A DNA stretch of 64,000 bases from an uncultured Candidatus Binatia bacterium (GTDB lineage: Bacteria > Desulfobacterota > Binatia > Bin18), in contig CBDEVZ010000008.1 of the NCBI GenBank assembly GCA_965243735.1, positions 3,995,180 through 4,059,179 of the forward strand, in the 5' to 3' direction. Made by a program: the position numbers and the translations under genes. Within the stretch, counting starts at the first letter, position 1. Each line of letters begins with the position of its first letter. The notes beneath the pieces are model-generated. The model saw nothing but the letters and a program-made list of their open reading frames with translations, did not search any database and was not told the origin of the DNA. Of the stretch, positions 1 through 9,576 are shown in pieces.

Positions 1-1078
1 CCAGACCGGCCACAACAGCGGCGTGATCCACTCCGGCATCTACTACCGGCCCGGCTCGCTCAAAGCCCAGACCTGTGTGCGCGGCTCGCAGGAATTGGTC
101 GCCTTTTGTGAGCGTCACGCCATCCCCTACCAGCGCTGTGGCAAGGTCGTGGTCGCCACCTCGACCGACGAGTTGCCGCGGCTCGAGGAACTCCACCGCC
201 GTGGCACAGCCAACGGGGTACAGGGTTTGGCCATGATCGGGCCGGAACGCCTGCGCGAGCTTGAACCGCACGCCACCGGCATCAGGGCTCTCCACGTGCC
301 GAGCACCGGGATTATCGACTTCTCCCGGGTAGCCCACACCTATGCCCGGCTGGTCGAGGACGGCGGCGGAACGATTCTGCTCAAACACCAGGTCCAGCAG
401 CTGCGCCACAGCCAGGGCGAGCTGGTCCTGGAAACCACCGGCGGCGCCATCCAGACCCGCTATCTGATCAACTGCGGCGGGCTGTTTTGTGACCGCCTGG
501 CGCGCCTGGCCGGGGCGCAGCCCGCGCTGCAAATCGTTCCCTTTCGGGGCGAGTATTATACCCTGACGACCGGGCGTCGCGGGCTGGTGAACACGCTGAT
601 CTACCCGGTCCCCGACCCGGCCCTGCCGTTTCTGGGCGTGCATTTCACCCGGACGATCGACGGCCTGGTCGAAGCCGGTCCGAACGCCGTCCTGGCTCTG
701 GCTCGGGAAGGCTATCGCAAATCCGACTTCAACTGGCACGACGCGCGGGAAACCCTGAGCTTTCCCGGCTTCTGGACCATGGCCCGCAGGTATTGGCAGA
801 CCGGCCTGGGAGAAATGTACCGCTCGTTCAGCAAACGGGCCTTTCTGCGCGCCCTGCAACGCTTGCTGCCGGACCTGACCGAGGCCGACCTGCAGCCGGG
901 CGGGAGCGGGGTGCGGGCTCAGGCGATTGCCGCCGACGGGGGACTGGTGGACGACTTCGTGATTTCCCGGACCGGGAATGCCCTGCATGTGCTCAACGCT
1001 CCATCGCCCGGCGCGACCGCCTCCCTGGCCATCGGCCGGATGGTGGTCGATCAGGCCGTGCAGGCCTTCGAGCTGTAG
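1..1078 (+). CDS. lhgO: L-2-hydroxyglutarate oxidase/dehydrogenase (FAD-dependent), 5' end truncated by window edge
   Basis: The ORF runs from base 1 in frame (TGHNSGVIHSGIYYRPGSLKAQ... motif typical of LhgO/YgaF FAD oxidases). It ends at 1078. Confidence 0.8.
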   Translation, partial: QTGHNSGVIHSGIYYRPGSLKAQTCVRGSQELVAFCERHAIPYQRCGKVVVATSTDELPRLEELHRRGTANGVQGLAMIGPERLRELEPHATGIRALHVPSTGIIDFSRVAHTYARLVEDGGGTILLKHQVQQLRHSQGELVLETTGGAIQTRYLINCGGLFCDRLARLAGAQPALQIVPFRGEYYTLTTGRRGLVNTLIYPVPDPALPFLGVHFTRTIDGLVEAGPNAVLALAREGYRKSDFNWHDARETLSFPGFWTMARRYWQTGLGEMYRSFSKRAFLRALQRLLPDLTEADLQPGGSGVRAQAIAADGGLVDDFVISRTGNALHVLNAPSPGATASLAIGRMVVDQAVQAFEL

Positions 1079-1111
1079 GGAGAAAATCCCTCCTCAATCC
1101 CCCCTGGCAAA

Positions 1112-1281
1112 CGTGTGATGCAAAAAGGCACCCACCCCGGCCTTCGGCCACCCCTCCGAGGAGGGGAACCACCTCCATCCCCTCCTGGGAGGGGTGCCGC
1201 GTGAGCGGCGGGGTGGGTTCTCTCCGGCCCAGCGGCTTCTGCACGGCTGGGAAGAGGAGATGCCGGGTAATGTGCATCACA
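1112..1281. repeat. Intergenic REP/MITE-like element, family 1, bounded by 12-bp terminal inverted repeats ACGTGTGATGCA...TGCATCACACGT
   Basis: About 170 bp of GC-rich sequence sits between lhgO and folK. It contains CACCCCGGCC and CCCTCCGAGGAGGGGAAC / CCCTCCTGGGAGGGG sub-hairpins. Near-copies occur at 15156-15316 and 34286-34439, with fragments at 18793-18850, 30586-30660, 42196-42300 and 55715-55738. Confidence 0.6.
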
Positions 1282-1307
1282 CGTGGCAAAGGGGGGAGGG
1301 CGGAAAC

Positions 1308-1820
1308 ATGGCTGAGACGATGTCACACCGGGTCTTTATCGCCCTCGGCTCCAACCTCGGGGATCGGCAGGCCTACTACCGCCAGGCCCTGGAGCGGATT
1401 ACCGGCCTGCCCGACACCGTCATCGTTCGCCAGTCTTCCCAGTATGAAACCCAGCCGCTGGGCGAGGCCCGCAACTGGTATCTGAACGGGGTGATTGAAA
1501 TCCGAACCGGGCTGGCGGCCGAAGCCCTGCTCGGGCGGCTGCAAGCCATCGAACACGCATTGGGACGTGTGCGCTCGACCGTGCGCTGGGCCTCCCGCAC
1601 CCTGGATCTCGACATTCTGTTCTTTGACGCCGCGCGGATTGACACCCCCCGTTTACGCGTCCCGCACCCCGAGCTGCACAAGCGGCGCTTTGTGCTCGAA
1701 CCCCTGTGTGAGATCGCTCCCGCCCTGTGCCATCCCGGCCTGGGCCGCACGGTCGCCGAGCTGCTGGCCGAGCTGGACGACGAGAAACACGTCATCAAGC
1801 TGGTACCCGAGCGCCGATGA
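1308..1820 (+). CDS. folK: 2-amino-4-hydroxy-6-hydroxymethyldihydropteridine pyrophosphokinase (HPPK)
   Basis: MAETMSHRVFIALGSNLGDR... is the canonical HPPK N-terminus. The ATG at 1308 is preceded by the RBS-like AGGGGGGAGGG. The upstream part of the listed ORF lies inside the repeat element. Confidence 0.85.
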   Translation: MAETMSHRVFIALGSNLGDRQAYYRQALERITGLPDTVIVRQSSQYETQPLGEARNWYLNGVIEIRTGLAAEALLGRLQAIEHALGRVRSTVRWASRTLDLDILFFDAARIDTPRLRVPHPELHKRRFVLEPLCEIAPALCHPGLGRTVAELLAELDDEKHVIKLVPERR

Positions 1821-1838
1821 GCCCCGGCCTCGGGCCGG

Positions 1839-2288
1839 TCAGGCTTCCTCCGCAGCCAGGGCCGCCTCGACCCGCCCAGCCCATTCCTGCACCAGAGCGG
1901 CCCGCTCCCGAAAGCCCGCCAGGTCGCCCTTCAGAACCCGCAGCCGCTCGGTCTCCTCAAGCAGGTCGGCATAGACGGCGAGCAGACGCTCGAACTGCTC
2001 GAGCGAGGTCCGTCCTTCGTAGAAGCGCTTAACGATCCGGACAAAATCCCGGGCACGCTCCAGGGGGTACAGAAATTCGTTCATCATCCGCGGCGTCATG
2101 GCTCGGTCGTCCTCCAGAAAGCTGCCCATTTTATCGGTCATGGCCAGCAGGAGTTCGACATGGGTGCGCATCAGCTTGGTGTATTTGATCCAGTAGCAGC
2201 CACCGAGGCTGACACCCGCGACAACCACACAGGCGACAAGCGCGACCCTGGCCCGCCGCCAAAGGGCAAACGTGCCAACATTTTTCAT
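1839..2288 (-). CDS. hypothetical lipoprotein
   Basis: Internal start MKNVGTFALWRRARVALVACVVVAGVSLGGCYW (signal peptide plus lipobox-like LGGC). The C-terminal part is charged and helical. RBS is weak. Confidence 0.4.
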   Translation of the reverse strand: MKNVGTFALWRRARVALVACVVVAGVSLGGCYWIKYTKLMRTHVELLLAMTDKMGSFLEDDRAMTPRMMNEFLYPLERARDFVRIVKRFYEGRTSLEQFERLLAVYADLLEETERLRVLKGDLAGFRERAALVQEWAGRVEAALAAEEA

Positions 2289-2430
2289 GGGCGGGGAGGA
2301 CACGTTTACCCTCTCCTGGTCTTGACGACCACGGAAAGCCGAGCCTAACATAAGACGCAGTTCAGAAGACTGAGCGCGACCGAGACGGTCGAACAGCCCT
2401 AGAACCGGGCCAAAGAGTGGGTATCCATCC

Positions 2431-3915
2431 ATGTTCCAGCTTCCTCCGGTGTACTTCGAACGTCTTCTTGAGAGCTTTCCCGACATCGTCATCGCAGTTG
2501 ATCGCAAGGGCCAGATCATCTTCTACAACGCCGGTGCGAGCAAGACCCTGGGCTACACCTTCGAGGAGTTGCAAGACGCCTACCAGCGTGGCCAGCGGGT
2601 TATGCTGTACTCCGATTTGGCCGAAGCCCGGCGAGTCCTGGAAGCCCTGCGCGGCGAGGAATTCGGCGAAAAAGGCACGGTTAAAAACTTTGAGACCACG
2701 CTCGTGGCCAAGAACGGCGAACACATCCCGGTGTCGTTCTCCGGCGCGCTGATCTATGACGAGGAGGGCCAAGAGATCGGCTCGATCGGCTTCCACCGTG
2801 ACCTGCGCGAAATCCACCTGCCCCCGGAATATTTCGAGCGGCTGCTCGAAAGCTCGCTCGATATCGTCATCGCGGTGGATCGCAAGGGCCAGATCATCTT
2901 TTACAACGACGGCGCCCAGCAAACCCTGGGCTACACCTCGGCCGAGATTCACGGCAAGCGGGTGTGGCCGACCATCTACCCCAGCCTTGAGGAAGCCCGC
3001 CGCGTCATGGACGCCATGCAGAGCGAAGACAACGGCGGCACGGGCAAGATCAAAAACTTTGAAACCACCCTGGTATGTAAAAACGGCGAGCACATTCCGG
3101 CCTCCATCTCCGGCTCGCTGATCTATGATAGCGAGGGCTATCAGGTCGGCTCGGTCGGCTTTATCAAGGATCTGCGCGACATCCGCCGCCGCGACCAGCT
3201 GGCCACCCTGGGTGAGCTGGCGGTCGGCCTGGCCCACCGGATCAACAATCCGCTGGAGATCGTGTTCAACAACCTCGATGTCCTCGACAAACATATGGCC
3301 CAGGTCTTTTCCGACGAAGAATACGTCGTCCAGGAAGAGCGGGTCGAGTCCATCCAGCGCGAGTTGCTGAAGATTCGGACGATCATCGGCCGGATTGACG
3401 AGATGGCCCACGGCGAGCGCTATGATACCACCGAGTACCTCCACGGCTCGCGCATGGCCGACCTGGGCCGCGACGAGCAAATCATCGCCCCCCACCACAG
3501 CCATCAGAAAGCCGCCAGCCAGGAGCTGACCGGTCTGACGATTCTGGTCGTCGATGACGATCTGGGCGTGTGTTACTCGCTGCGGGATGTCTTGCAGGAG
3601 GAAGGCGCGCAGGTCGAAGTCGCCACCGGCGGCCTGCCGGCGCTGAATATCCTGACCTACAAAACGGTCGATATCGTCCTCAGCGACGTGGTCATGCCCG
3701 ACCTGGACGGCTACGACCTGTATATGGAAGTCCGCGAGCGTTTTCCCGACACCCCGGTCGTCCTGATGACGGCCTATTTCTTTGACAAGGATCACGTCAT
3801 CAAGCGCAGCAAGCTCGAAGGTTTGCAGGAGGTCGTGTTCAAAAAACCGCTCGACCCGGAGAAGCTCAAAGAGATCATCCTGGAGCGCTGCCGCCCCGAA
3901 CGCACGCCCCGATAA
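2431..3915 (+). CDS. Signal-transduction protein with PAS-PAS-DHp(HisKA)-receiver architecture, lacking a HATPase_c catalytic domain
   Basis: Two PAS repeats both begin YFERLLES..DIVIAVDRKGQIIFYN. An H-box-like LAHRINNPLE follows. Only ~70 aa with no N/G1/G2 boxes separate it from a complete REC domain (ILVVDDD...SDVVMPDLDG...VVLMTAY...KKPL). Confidence 0.8.
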   Translation: MFQLPPVYFERLLESFPDIVIAVDRKGQIIFYNAGASKTLGYTFEELQDAYQRGQRVMLYSDLAEARRVLEALRGEEFGEKGTVKNFETTLVAKNGEHIPVSFSGALIYDEEGQEIGSIGFHRDLREIHLPPEYFERLLESSLDIVIAVDRKGQIIFYNDGAQQTLGYTSAEIHGKRVWPTIYPSLEEARRVMDAMQSEDNGGTGKIKNFETTLVCKNGEHIPASISGSLIYDSEGYQVGSVGFIKDLRDIRRRDQLATLGELAVGLAHRINNPLEIVFNNLDVLDKHMAQVFSDEEYVVQEERVESIQRELLKIRTIIGRIDEMAHGERYDTTEYLHGSRMADLGRDEQIIAPHHSHQKAASQELTGLTILVVDDDLGVCYSLRDVLQEEGAQVEVATGGLPALNILTYKTVDIVLSDVVMPDLDGYDLYMEVRERFPDTPVVLMTAYFFDKDHVIKRSKLEGLQEVVFKKPLDPEKLKEIILERCRPERTPR

Positions 3916-4066
3916 GCCGCCCTTCGTTCCTGCTCCAGCTGTCAGGTTTCGCCCCAGTGGCCGTCTCATGGTCTCCTATCTTGACGCCCCCGAACTCGCT
4001 GGATACAAGAACTTTTCCGCACACCTCCCGCATATCGCCAAGCCCTAGCAAGAGAGGACACGCTTC

Positions 4067-5812
4067 ATGCCAACACCCTTAGAACAGTGGGTTGAAGAAA
4101 CCGCCGCCCACACCAAACCCAAACGTATCCACTGGTGCGACGGCTCCGAGCAGGAAAATCAGCGTCTGATCGAAGAGATGATCGAGTCCGGCACCCTGCT
4201 TGAGTTGAACCGTAAAAGGTACCCCGACTGCTACCTGCACCGCAGCGATCCCAACGACGTGGCCCGCACCGAACACCTGACCTTTGTCAACACCGCCAAG
4301 CAGGAAGACGCCGGCCCGAACAACAACTGGATGCCACCGGCTCAGGCCAAAGACACCGCCGGCGCCCTGTTTGCCGGATCAATGAAAGACCGCACGATGT
4401 ATGTGGTGCCCTATATCATGGGCCCGCAGGCCTCGCCCTACAGCCAGCTGGGGGTGGAAATCACCGATAGCCCGTATGTGGCCGCCAGCATGCGGATCAT
4501 GACCCGTATGGGCCAGGCCGCGCTGGACCGCCTCGGCTCATCCGACAACTATGTCAAGGGGCTGCACTCCCTGGGCGACCTGAGTCCCGACCGGCGCTAT
4601 ATCATGCACTTCCCGGAAGAGCGGGCCATCTGGTCGGTCGGTTCCGGCTATGGCGGCAACGCCCTGCTGGGCAAAAAGTGCTTTGCCCTGCGGCTGGGCA
4701 GCTATATGGCGCGGGAAGAGGGCTGGTTGGCCGAGCACATGCTGATCATCGGGATCGAAGAGCCCAGCGGCCGCACGACCTATATCGCGGCCGCCTTTCC
4801 GAGCGCGTGCGGCAAGACCAATCTGGCCATGCTGGTCCCCTCAGCCAGCCAGCACGGCTATAAGGTCTGGACGGTCGGCGACGATATCGCGTGGATGAAC
4901 ATCGGCCCCGACGGGCGCCTGTGGGCGATCAACCCGGAGGCCGGCTTTTTTGGCGTCGCGCCCGGCACCAACTCCCACACCAACCCCAACATGATGGCGA
5001 CGGTCGACTCAAACTCGCTGTTCACCAACGTGGCCTTAACGCCGGACGGCTGCCCCTACTGGGAAGGCATGGACGGCCCGGCTCCGATTGAAGCCCTGGA
5101 CTGGCAGGGCCGGCCCTGGAGCCCGTCGAGCGAGACCAAGGCCGCCCATCCGAACTCGCGCTTCACCACCCCGGCGCGCCAGTGTCCGGTCATGTCGCCG
5201 GAGTGGGAAAGCCCCCAGGGCGTGCCGATTTCGGCCATCCTGTTCGGCGGCCGGCGGGCCGGCCTGATCCCCCTCGTGTTCCAGTCCCTGAACTGGCAGC
5301 ACGGCGTCTTTCTGGGTTCGACCATGGCGTCCGAGACGACCGCCGCCGCCACCGGCAAGGTCGGGGTGATCCGGCGCGATCCCATGGCCATGCTGCCCTT
5401 CTGCGGCTATAACATGGGCGACTATTTCGGACACTGGATGGACATGGGCACCCGGATCGCCAACCCGCCCAAGATTTTCCGCGTCAACTGGTTTCGCATG
5501 TCCGAGAACCTCGAATACCTGTGGCCCGGCTTCGGGGAAAACCTGCGCGCGCTCCGCTGGGTGCTGAGCCGCGTCCACGGCGAGGTCGAGGCGCGTGAAA
5601 CCGAAATCGGCTACCTGCCCTACCCCAAAGACATCGACACCAGCGGGCTGGACCTGAAACCCGAGACCATGGAAGAACTCCTGTCGGTCGACCGTGAGGG
5701 CTGGAAGCACGCCACAGAGGGCCAGCAGGAGTTCTTTACCCAGTTCGGGGATCGCATGCCGCAGGCCATGTGGCAGGAACACGACTCGCTCAAACGGCGT
5801 CTTGGCGTGTAA
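4067..5812 (+). CDS. pckG: Phosphoenolpyruvate carboxykinase (GTP)
   Basis: 581 aa. Contains the PEPCK-GTP kinase motifs GSGYGGNALLGKKC and AAFPSACGKTN. Confidence 0.95.
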   Translation: MPTPLEQWVEETAAHTKPKRIHWCDGSEQENQRLIEEMIESGTLLELNRKRYPDCYLHRSDPNDVARTEHLTFVNTAKQEDAGPNNNWMPPAQAKDTAGALFAGSMKDRTMYVVPYIMGPQASPYSQLGVEITDSPYVAASMRIMTRMGQAALDRLGSSDNYVKGLHSLGDLSPDRRYIMHFPEERAIWSVGSGYGGNALLGKKCFALRLGSYMAREEGWLAEHMLIIGIEEPSGRTTYIAAAFPSACGKTNLAMLVPSASQHGYKVWTVGDDIAWMNIGPDGRLWAINPEAGFFGVAPGTNSHTNPNMMATVDSNSLFTNVALTPDGCPYWEGMDGPAPIEALDWQGRPWSPSSETKAAHPNSRFTTPARQCPVMSPEWESPQGVPISAILFGGRRAGLIPLVFQSLNWQHGVFLGSTMASETTAAATGKVGVIRRDPMAMLPFCGYNMGDYFGHWMDMGTRIANPPKIFRVNWFRMSENLEYLWPGFGENLRALRWVLSRVHGEVEARETEIGYLPYPKDIDTSGLDLKPETMEELLSVDREGWKHATEGQQEFFTQFGDRMPQAMWQEHDSLKRRLGV

Positions 5813-6444
5813 TGGCTATTCGCATCACCAAGGTCTACACCCGCAGCGGCGACGCCGGCTTCACCAAGCTGGTCGGCGGCCAGCAAGTCGCCAAAGACGC
5901 GGCGCGGGTCGAGGCCTACGGCACGGTCGATGAGCTGAACGCCGTCCTGGGACTGGCCCGGGTCTTCAACGACGACCTCAAGGATCGCCTCAAGGCGTCC
6001 AAGGAGCTGGACAAAATCTTTCGCCGGCTGCAAAACCAGCTGTTTGACCTGGGCAGCGAGCTGGCCACGCCGTCCGATTTTTCCTACGAGGGCATGTTCC
6101 GGGTCGGCCCACGCGAGGTCCGGGCTCTGGAGCGGACGATTGATCGGCTGCAGAAAGACCTGCAAGCGCTGAACTCGTTTGTCCTGCCCGGCGGCGGCAA
6201 GGTCGGCGGCTTTCTGCACCAGGCGCGGACCGTGTGTCGGCGGGCCGAGCGCGATATCGTCCGGCTGTCGCGGGAAGAAGACCTGAGCCCCTGGCCGCTC
6301 AAATATGTCAACCGCCTGAGCGACCTGCTGTTCGTGCTGTCGCGCTGGGTGAGCACCCACCTGGACGAGCCGGAGTATTTGTGGGAGCGCGGTCTGCGCG
6401 GCCACGACAGGGCCAAGCGGGTCAAGAAGACCCGGCAGACCTGA
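5812..6444 (+). CDS. ATP:cob(I)alamin adenosyltransferase, PduO-type
   Basis: MAIRITKVYTRSGDAGFT...VEAYGTVDELNA is the PduO/MMAB-type signature. Its ATG overlaps the pckG stop (TAATG). Confidence 0.85.
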   Translation: MAIRITKVYTRSGDAGFTKLVGGQQVAKDAARVEAYGTVDELNAVLGLARVFNDDLKDRLKASKELDKIFRRLQNQLFDLGSELATPSDFSYEGMFRVGPREVRALERTIDRLQKDLQALNSFVLPGGGKVGGFLHQARTVCRRAERDIVRLSREEDLSPWPLKYVNRLSDLLFVLSRWVSTHLDEPEYLWERGLRGHDRAKRVKKTRQT

Positions 6445-6462
6445 CCCCAGAGAGGCCGAGCC

Positions 6463-7149
6463 ATGGCTGACTCACGCATCTATTTCAAGCAGATCGAAAT
6501 CGGGCCGATGCAGAACTTCGCTTATCTCATCGGCGACCCGGAGACCCGCGAGGCGCTGGTGATTGACGCGGCGTGGGATATTCCGGCCCTGGTCAATGTC
6601 GCCCAAGAGGACGGCTACACAATCAGCAAGGCGCTGGTCACCCACTATCACCAGGACCATCTGGGCGGCGAGTTTTCCGGCCACCATATTCAGGGCGCGG
6701 CCGAGCTGTTGGAGCAGGTCAAGGCCAAGGTCTATATTCACAAGGCCGAGGCCGAATTCCTGAACCGCATCGCCGGGCTGTCCGACTCCGACCTGGTCAA
6801 GGTCGAGGGCGGCGACACCACTGCGGTCGGCAACATTGAGGTCACCTTCATCCACACGCCCGGCCACACCCCGGGCTCACAGTGTTTTCTGATCGGCCAC
6901 AACCTGGTGGCCGGAGATACGCTGTTCATCAACTCGTGCGGCCGCATCGACCTGCCCGGCAGCAGCCCGGAAGACATGTACTACAGCTTGCAGACCCTGT
7001 CGAAGCTGGTCGACGAGACCCGGCTGTTTCCCGGCCACAACTACAGCGGTCAGCCGTCGGATACCCTGGGCAACCAGAAAAAGCACAACATGTATCTGCA
7101 CCTGACCACCCGCAGCCTGCAGGAATTCCTGTCCGTGATGGGCCACTGA
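6463..7149 (+). CDS. MBL-fold metallo-hydrolase (glyoxalase II / ETHE1-like)
   Basis: HYHQDHLGG (HxHxDH) metal-binding motif and TPGHTPGS. Confidence 0.85.
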   Translation: MADSRIYFKQIEIGPMQNFAYLIGDPETREALVIDAAWDIPALVNVAQEDGYTISKALVTHYHQDHLGGEFSGHHIQGAAELLEQVKAKVYIHKAEAEFLNRIAGLSDSDLVKVEGGDTTAVGNIEVTFIHTPGHTPGSQCFLIGHNLVAGDTLFINSCGRIDLPGSSPEDMYYSLQTLSKLVDETRLFPGHNYSGQPSDTLGNQKKHNMYLHLTTRSLQEFLSVMGH

Positions 7150-7157
7150 GCACGCCG

Positions 7158-8210
7158 ATGCGCAAGAAACGCGGCAATTTTCTGGAAGACTTTCGCGCCG
7201 GACAACACTTTCGTCACAAGGTCGGCAAGACGCTCACCGAGGGCCTGTTCAACGCCTTCACCGAGTTCGGCATGACGACCAACCCGCTGTCCAAAAACCT
7301 GCGCTACGCCACCCGCTACGGCTATCGCAGCCTGGTCGCCCCGCCGGGCCTGGTCATGAACATCGTCTTCAGCCAGAGCGTCGAGGATATTTCCGAGAAC
7401 GCCCGAGCCAACCTCGAGTATCAGGACATGCGTTTTGGCGTGCCCGTCCATATCGGCGATACGATCGAGGTCGAGACCCGCGTCATCGGTCTCAGCCCCT
7501 CGTCGCGCAACCCCGACCGCGGGGTGGTGCACGTCCAGACCACCGGCCGTAATCAGCACGAGGAGGTTGTGCTGACCCTGCGGCGCAAGGTCCAGATCTG
7601 GAAGGACGATATTGCGGCGCCGGTTGAGGCCGGCGAGCTGGCGAGCCTGCCCGACGTGCCGTGTGAGCTGGGCGTACCGGTCTACGACGCTAGTCGGGAG
7701 TACCGCGGACTGGCGCATCTGAGCAACGCCGATACCTATTTCGAGGATCTGTCGCCCGGCCAGACCATCGAGCACTCACGCGGCCGGACCGTGACCGCCG
7801 CCCACATGGACCTCACCGCCATGCTCGACAACACCTCGCAGGTCCACACCAACCAACACCTGATCGACCAGAACCCGGACAAATATATCGGCGGCCGGCT
7901 GATCGTGTACGGCGGCCTGGCCTTCAACCTGTGTCTGGGGCTGTCCTGCCCGGATGTGGCGGATAACGCGGTCGGCGATATCGTCTACGTCACCGGCCGC
8001 CACACCGGCCCGGTTTTTGTCGGCGACACGATCTTTGCCTCGACCGAACTCCGTGACCGACGCGACTATCCCGGTCGGCCGGACCTGGGCATCGTAGCCA
8101 CGACTCTGCGCGGCCATAAGTTTGTGGAAAAAGACGGCGGCTGGAACAAGACGGACATCTTTTATTTGGAGCGCGAGATGGCCGTCAAGCGCCGCAGCCA
8201 TTACGCCTGA
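7158..8210 (+). CDS. MaoC-like double hot-dog (R)-specific enoyl-CoA hydratase/dehydratase
   Basis: Two MaoC-like segments in ~350 aa, starting MRKKRGNFLEDFRAGQHF. The architecture resembles mesaconyl-CoA or itaconyl-CoA hydratases. Function is not resolved. Confidence 0.7.
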   Translation: MRKKRGNFLEDFRAGQHFRHKVGKTLTEGLFNAFTEFGMTTNPLSKNLRYATRYGYRSLVAPPGLVMNIVFSQSVEDISENARANLEYQDMRFGVPVHIGDTIEVETRVIGLSPSSRNPDRGVVHVQTTGRNQHEEVVLTLRRKVQIWKDDIAAPVEAGELASLPDVPCELGVPVYDASREYRGLAHLSNADTYFEDLSPGQTIEHSRGRTVTAAHMDLTAMLDNTSQVHTNQHLIDQNPDKYIGGRLIVYGGLAFNLCLGLSCPDVADNAVGDIVYVTGRHTGPVFVGDTIFASTELRDRRDYPGRPDLGIVATTLRGHKFVEKDGGWNKTDIFYLEREMAVKRRSHYA

Positions 8211-8225
8211 GCACGGGAGGCCGGC

Positions 8226-9008
8226 ATGTCCGACGACACCCGCATCGACGTCTATCTCATCTGCAATGCCAAGTATCACGACACCAACTTCGCCCGGCTC
8301 GAACTGCTCACGCTGCTGGCCGAACACGAGGACGTGGTGGTGCGGGTGGCCGAAGACTACCGGGATGTTGGGGCGATTGCCGAGTCCCGGCTGCTGCTCA
8401 CCTACACCTGCGACGTATGCCCGACCGTCGAGCAGCAGGACGCGCTAGGGCGCTTCCTCGACCAAGGCGGCCGCTGGTTTGGCCTGCACGGCACGAGCGC
8501 CATGCTGGAGTTTGTGGGCGAGCCCATGGAAACCGACGGCATCGTGATTCCGGGCAAGGTCGATACCCCCCGCAAGGCGCCGGCCCTGTCCGACATGCTG
8601 GGCAACCACTTTGTGTCCCACCCGCCCATCCAGCCCATTCGGGTGACCGTGGCCGACCCGAGCCATCCGCTGGTGCGCGGCATCGATCCCTTTGAGGTAC
8701 AGGACGAACCCTACTACTGTGAGTTCTACGGCCAGATTCACACCCTGCTGGAGTCGCGCTACACCGACCGGTCGGTGGGCTATGTGCGTGAAAGTCTGGA
8801 CAACGACGAGCCGCGGCCGCAACTCTACCTGCACCCCTACGGTCAGGGCCAGGTGCTGTATCTGACGCTCGGCCACTGTCGCGGAAAATACGACATGCAG
8901 CCGCTCATGCCGGTGTGCAGCGTCGAGCGCTGTTCGTGGGACGCGCCGGTGTACTACGAGTTGCTGCGCCGCGGCATCCGCTGGGGTATCGGCCAGCTCG
9001 GCGACTGA
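8226..9008 (+). CDS. ThuA-like (trehalose-utilisation / class-I glutamine amidotransferase-like) family protein
   Basis: 260 aa. The ICNAKYHDT...GGRWFGLHG pattern is typical of ThuA family. Confidence 0.7.
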   Translation: MSDDTRIDVYLICNAKYHDTNFARLELLTLLAEHEDVVVRVAEDYRDVGAIAESRLLLTYTCDVCPTVEQQDALGRFLDQGGRWFGLHGTSAMLEFVGEPMETDGIVIPGKVDTPRKAPALSDMLGNHFVSHPPIQPIRVTVADPSHPLVRGIDPFEVQDEPYYCEFYGQIHTLLESRYTDRSVGYVRESLDNDEPRPQLYLHPYGQGQVLYLTLGHCRGKYDMQPLMPVCSVERCSWDAPVYYELLRRGIRWGIGQLGD

Positions 9009-9214
9009 GCGCCCCGGCGGCCTGCGTCGCATGGGGCAGCCTCGGGACGGGCAGAAGAGTCAGCACGAAGAGACCACGCGCGCCTCAGACACCCAACACG
9101 AAGCCACGATGCGCACCTTGCGGGAACTCATCGCCCGGACCGCTCGATAGCTCCGCTCTTTTGAATTGCTCCCTGCCAGAAGGGTAGGAGCCTCCTATAC
9201 TTTGCTACCCATCC

Positions 9215-9523
9215 TTATTGCTGACGGAAGCGCCGTTCGGATCGGCCCGATTCGCCATCTTTGGTTGAGCGGGACTTCCTGCGGAGCAGTTCCAGTGCCG
9301 TGTACTGAAGGTCCCTCAGGTACGCATTGTCTCTCTTGCCCGTATGCCAATGGGCTATGTCGTTCCGATACTCCTTGAGTTCCTTCGGCGTCCTTTCGCC
9401 TGCGATCACCGTGTCAAGATTATCGAGTTGGAGATATCCGAGGCGTCTCTTCGCATCTTCAAGCGCCTGCCAGAACCGCAGATACCAAAGCCGCAAGTAG
9501 CCGTCGTCCTTGGTCTTGTCCAA
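9215..9523 (-). CDS. hypothetical protein in low-GC island
   Basis: Charged ORF (KELKEYRNDIAHWHTGKRD). It overlaps a less protein-like ORF on the plus strand. No recognisable family. Confidence 0.25.
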   Translation of the reverse strand: MDKTKDDGYLRLWYLRFWQALEDAKRRLGYLQLDNLDTVIAGERTPKELKEYRNDIAHWHTGKRDNAYLRDLQYTALELLRRKSRSTKDGESGRSERRFRQQ

Positions 9524-9576
9524 ATTGTATCAAAGAGGTTGAAAAATGCGGCAGAGAACGTTATTATTCCTAACGC

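Noticed and set aside
793-1485. ORFs spanning the lhgO-folK intergenic region (793-1485, 993-1289, 1051-1326)
   Set aside because: They read through the family-1 REP element and overlap real genes in other frames. Composition is Arg/Pro/Gly-rich nonsense.
2362-3969. 535-aa ORF on the minus strand opposite the PAS sensor gene
   Set aside because: It has the low-complexity Ala/Gly/Asp/Val-rich composition typical of antisense frames in high-GC DNA. The plus-strand ORF has clear PAS, DHp and REC motifs. The same reasoning rejects other long shadow ORFs: 5036-5782(-), 5620-6405(-), 7050-7775(-), 16167-17891(+), 21312-22100(-), 23517-24386(-), 24942-26240(-), 27038-28636(-), 29012-30706(-), 35582-36094(-), 37177-37938(+), 38554-39477(-), 39483-40478(-), 40878-42176(-), 42929-44389(+), 43477-44283(+), 45161-46153(-), 46383-47411(-), 49223-50245(-), 51573-52739(-), 55704-57644(+), 57927-59312(+), 59838-60452(+), 60465-61307(+) and 63004-63606(+).
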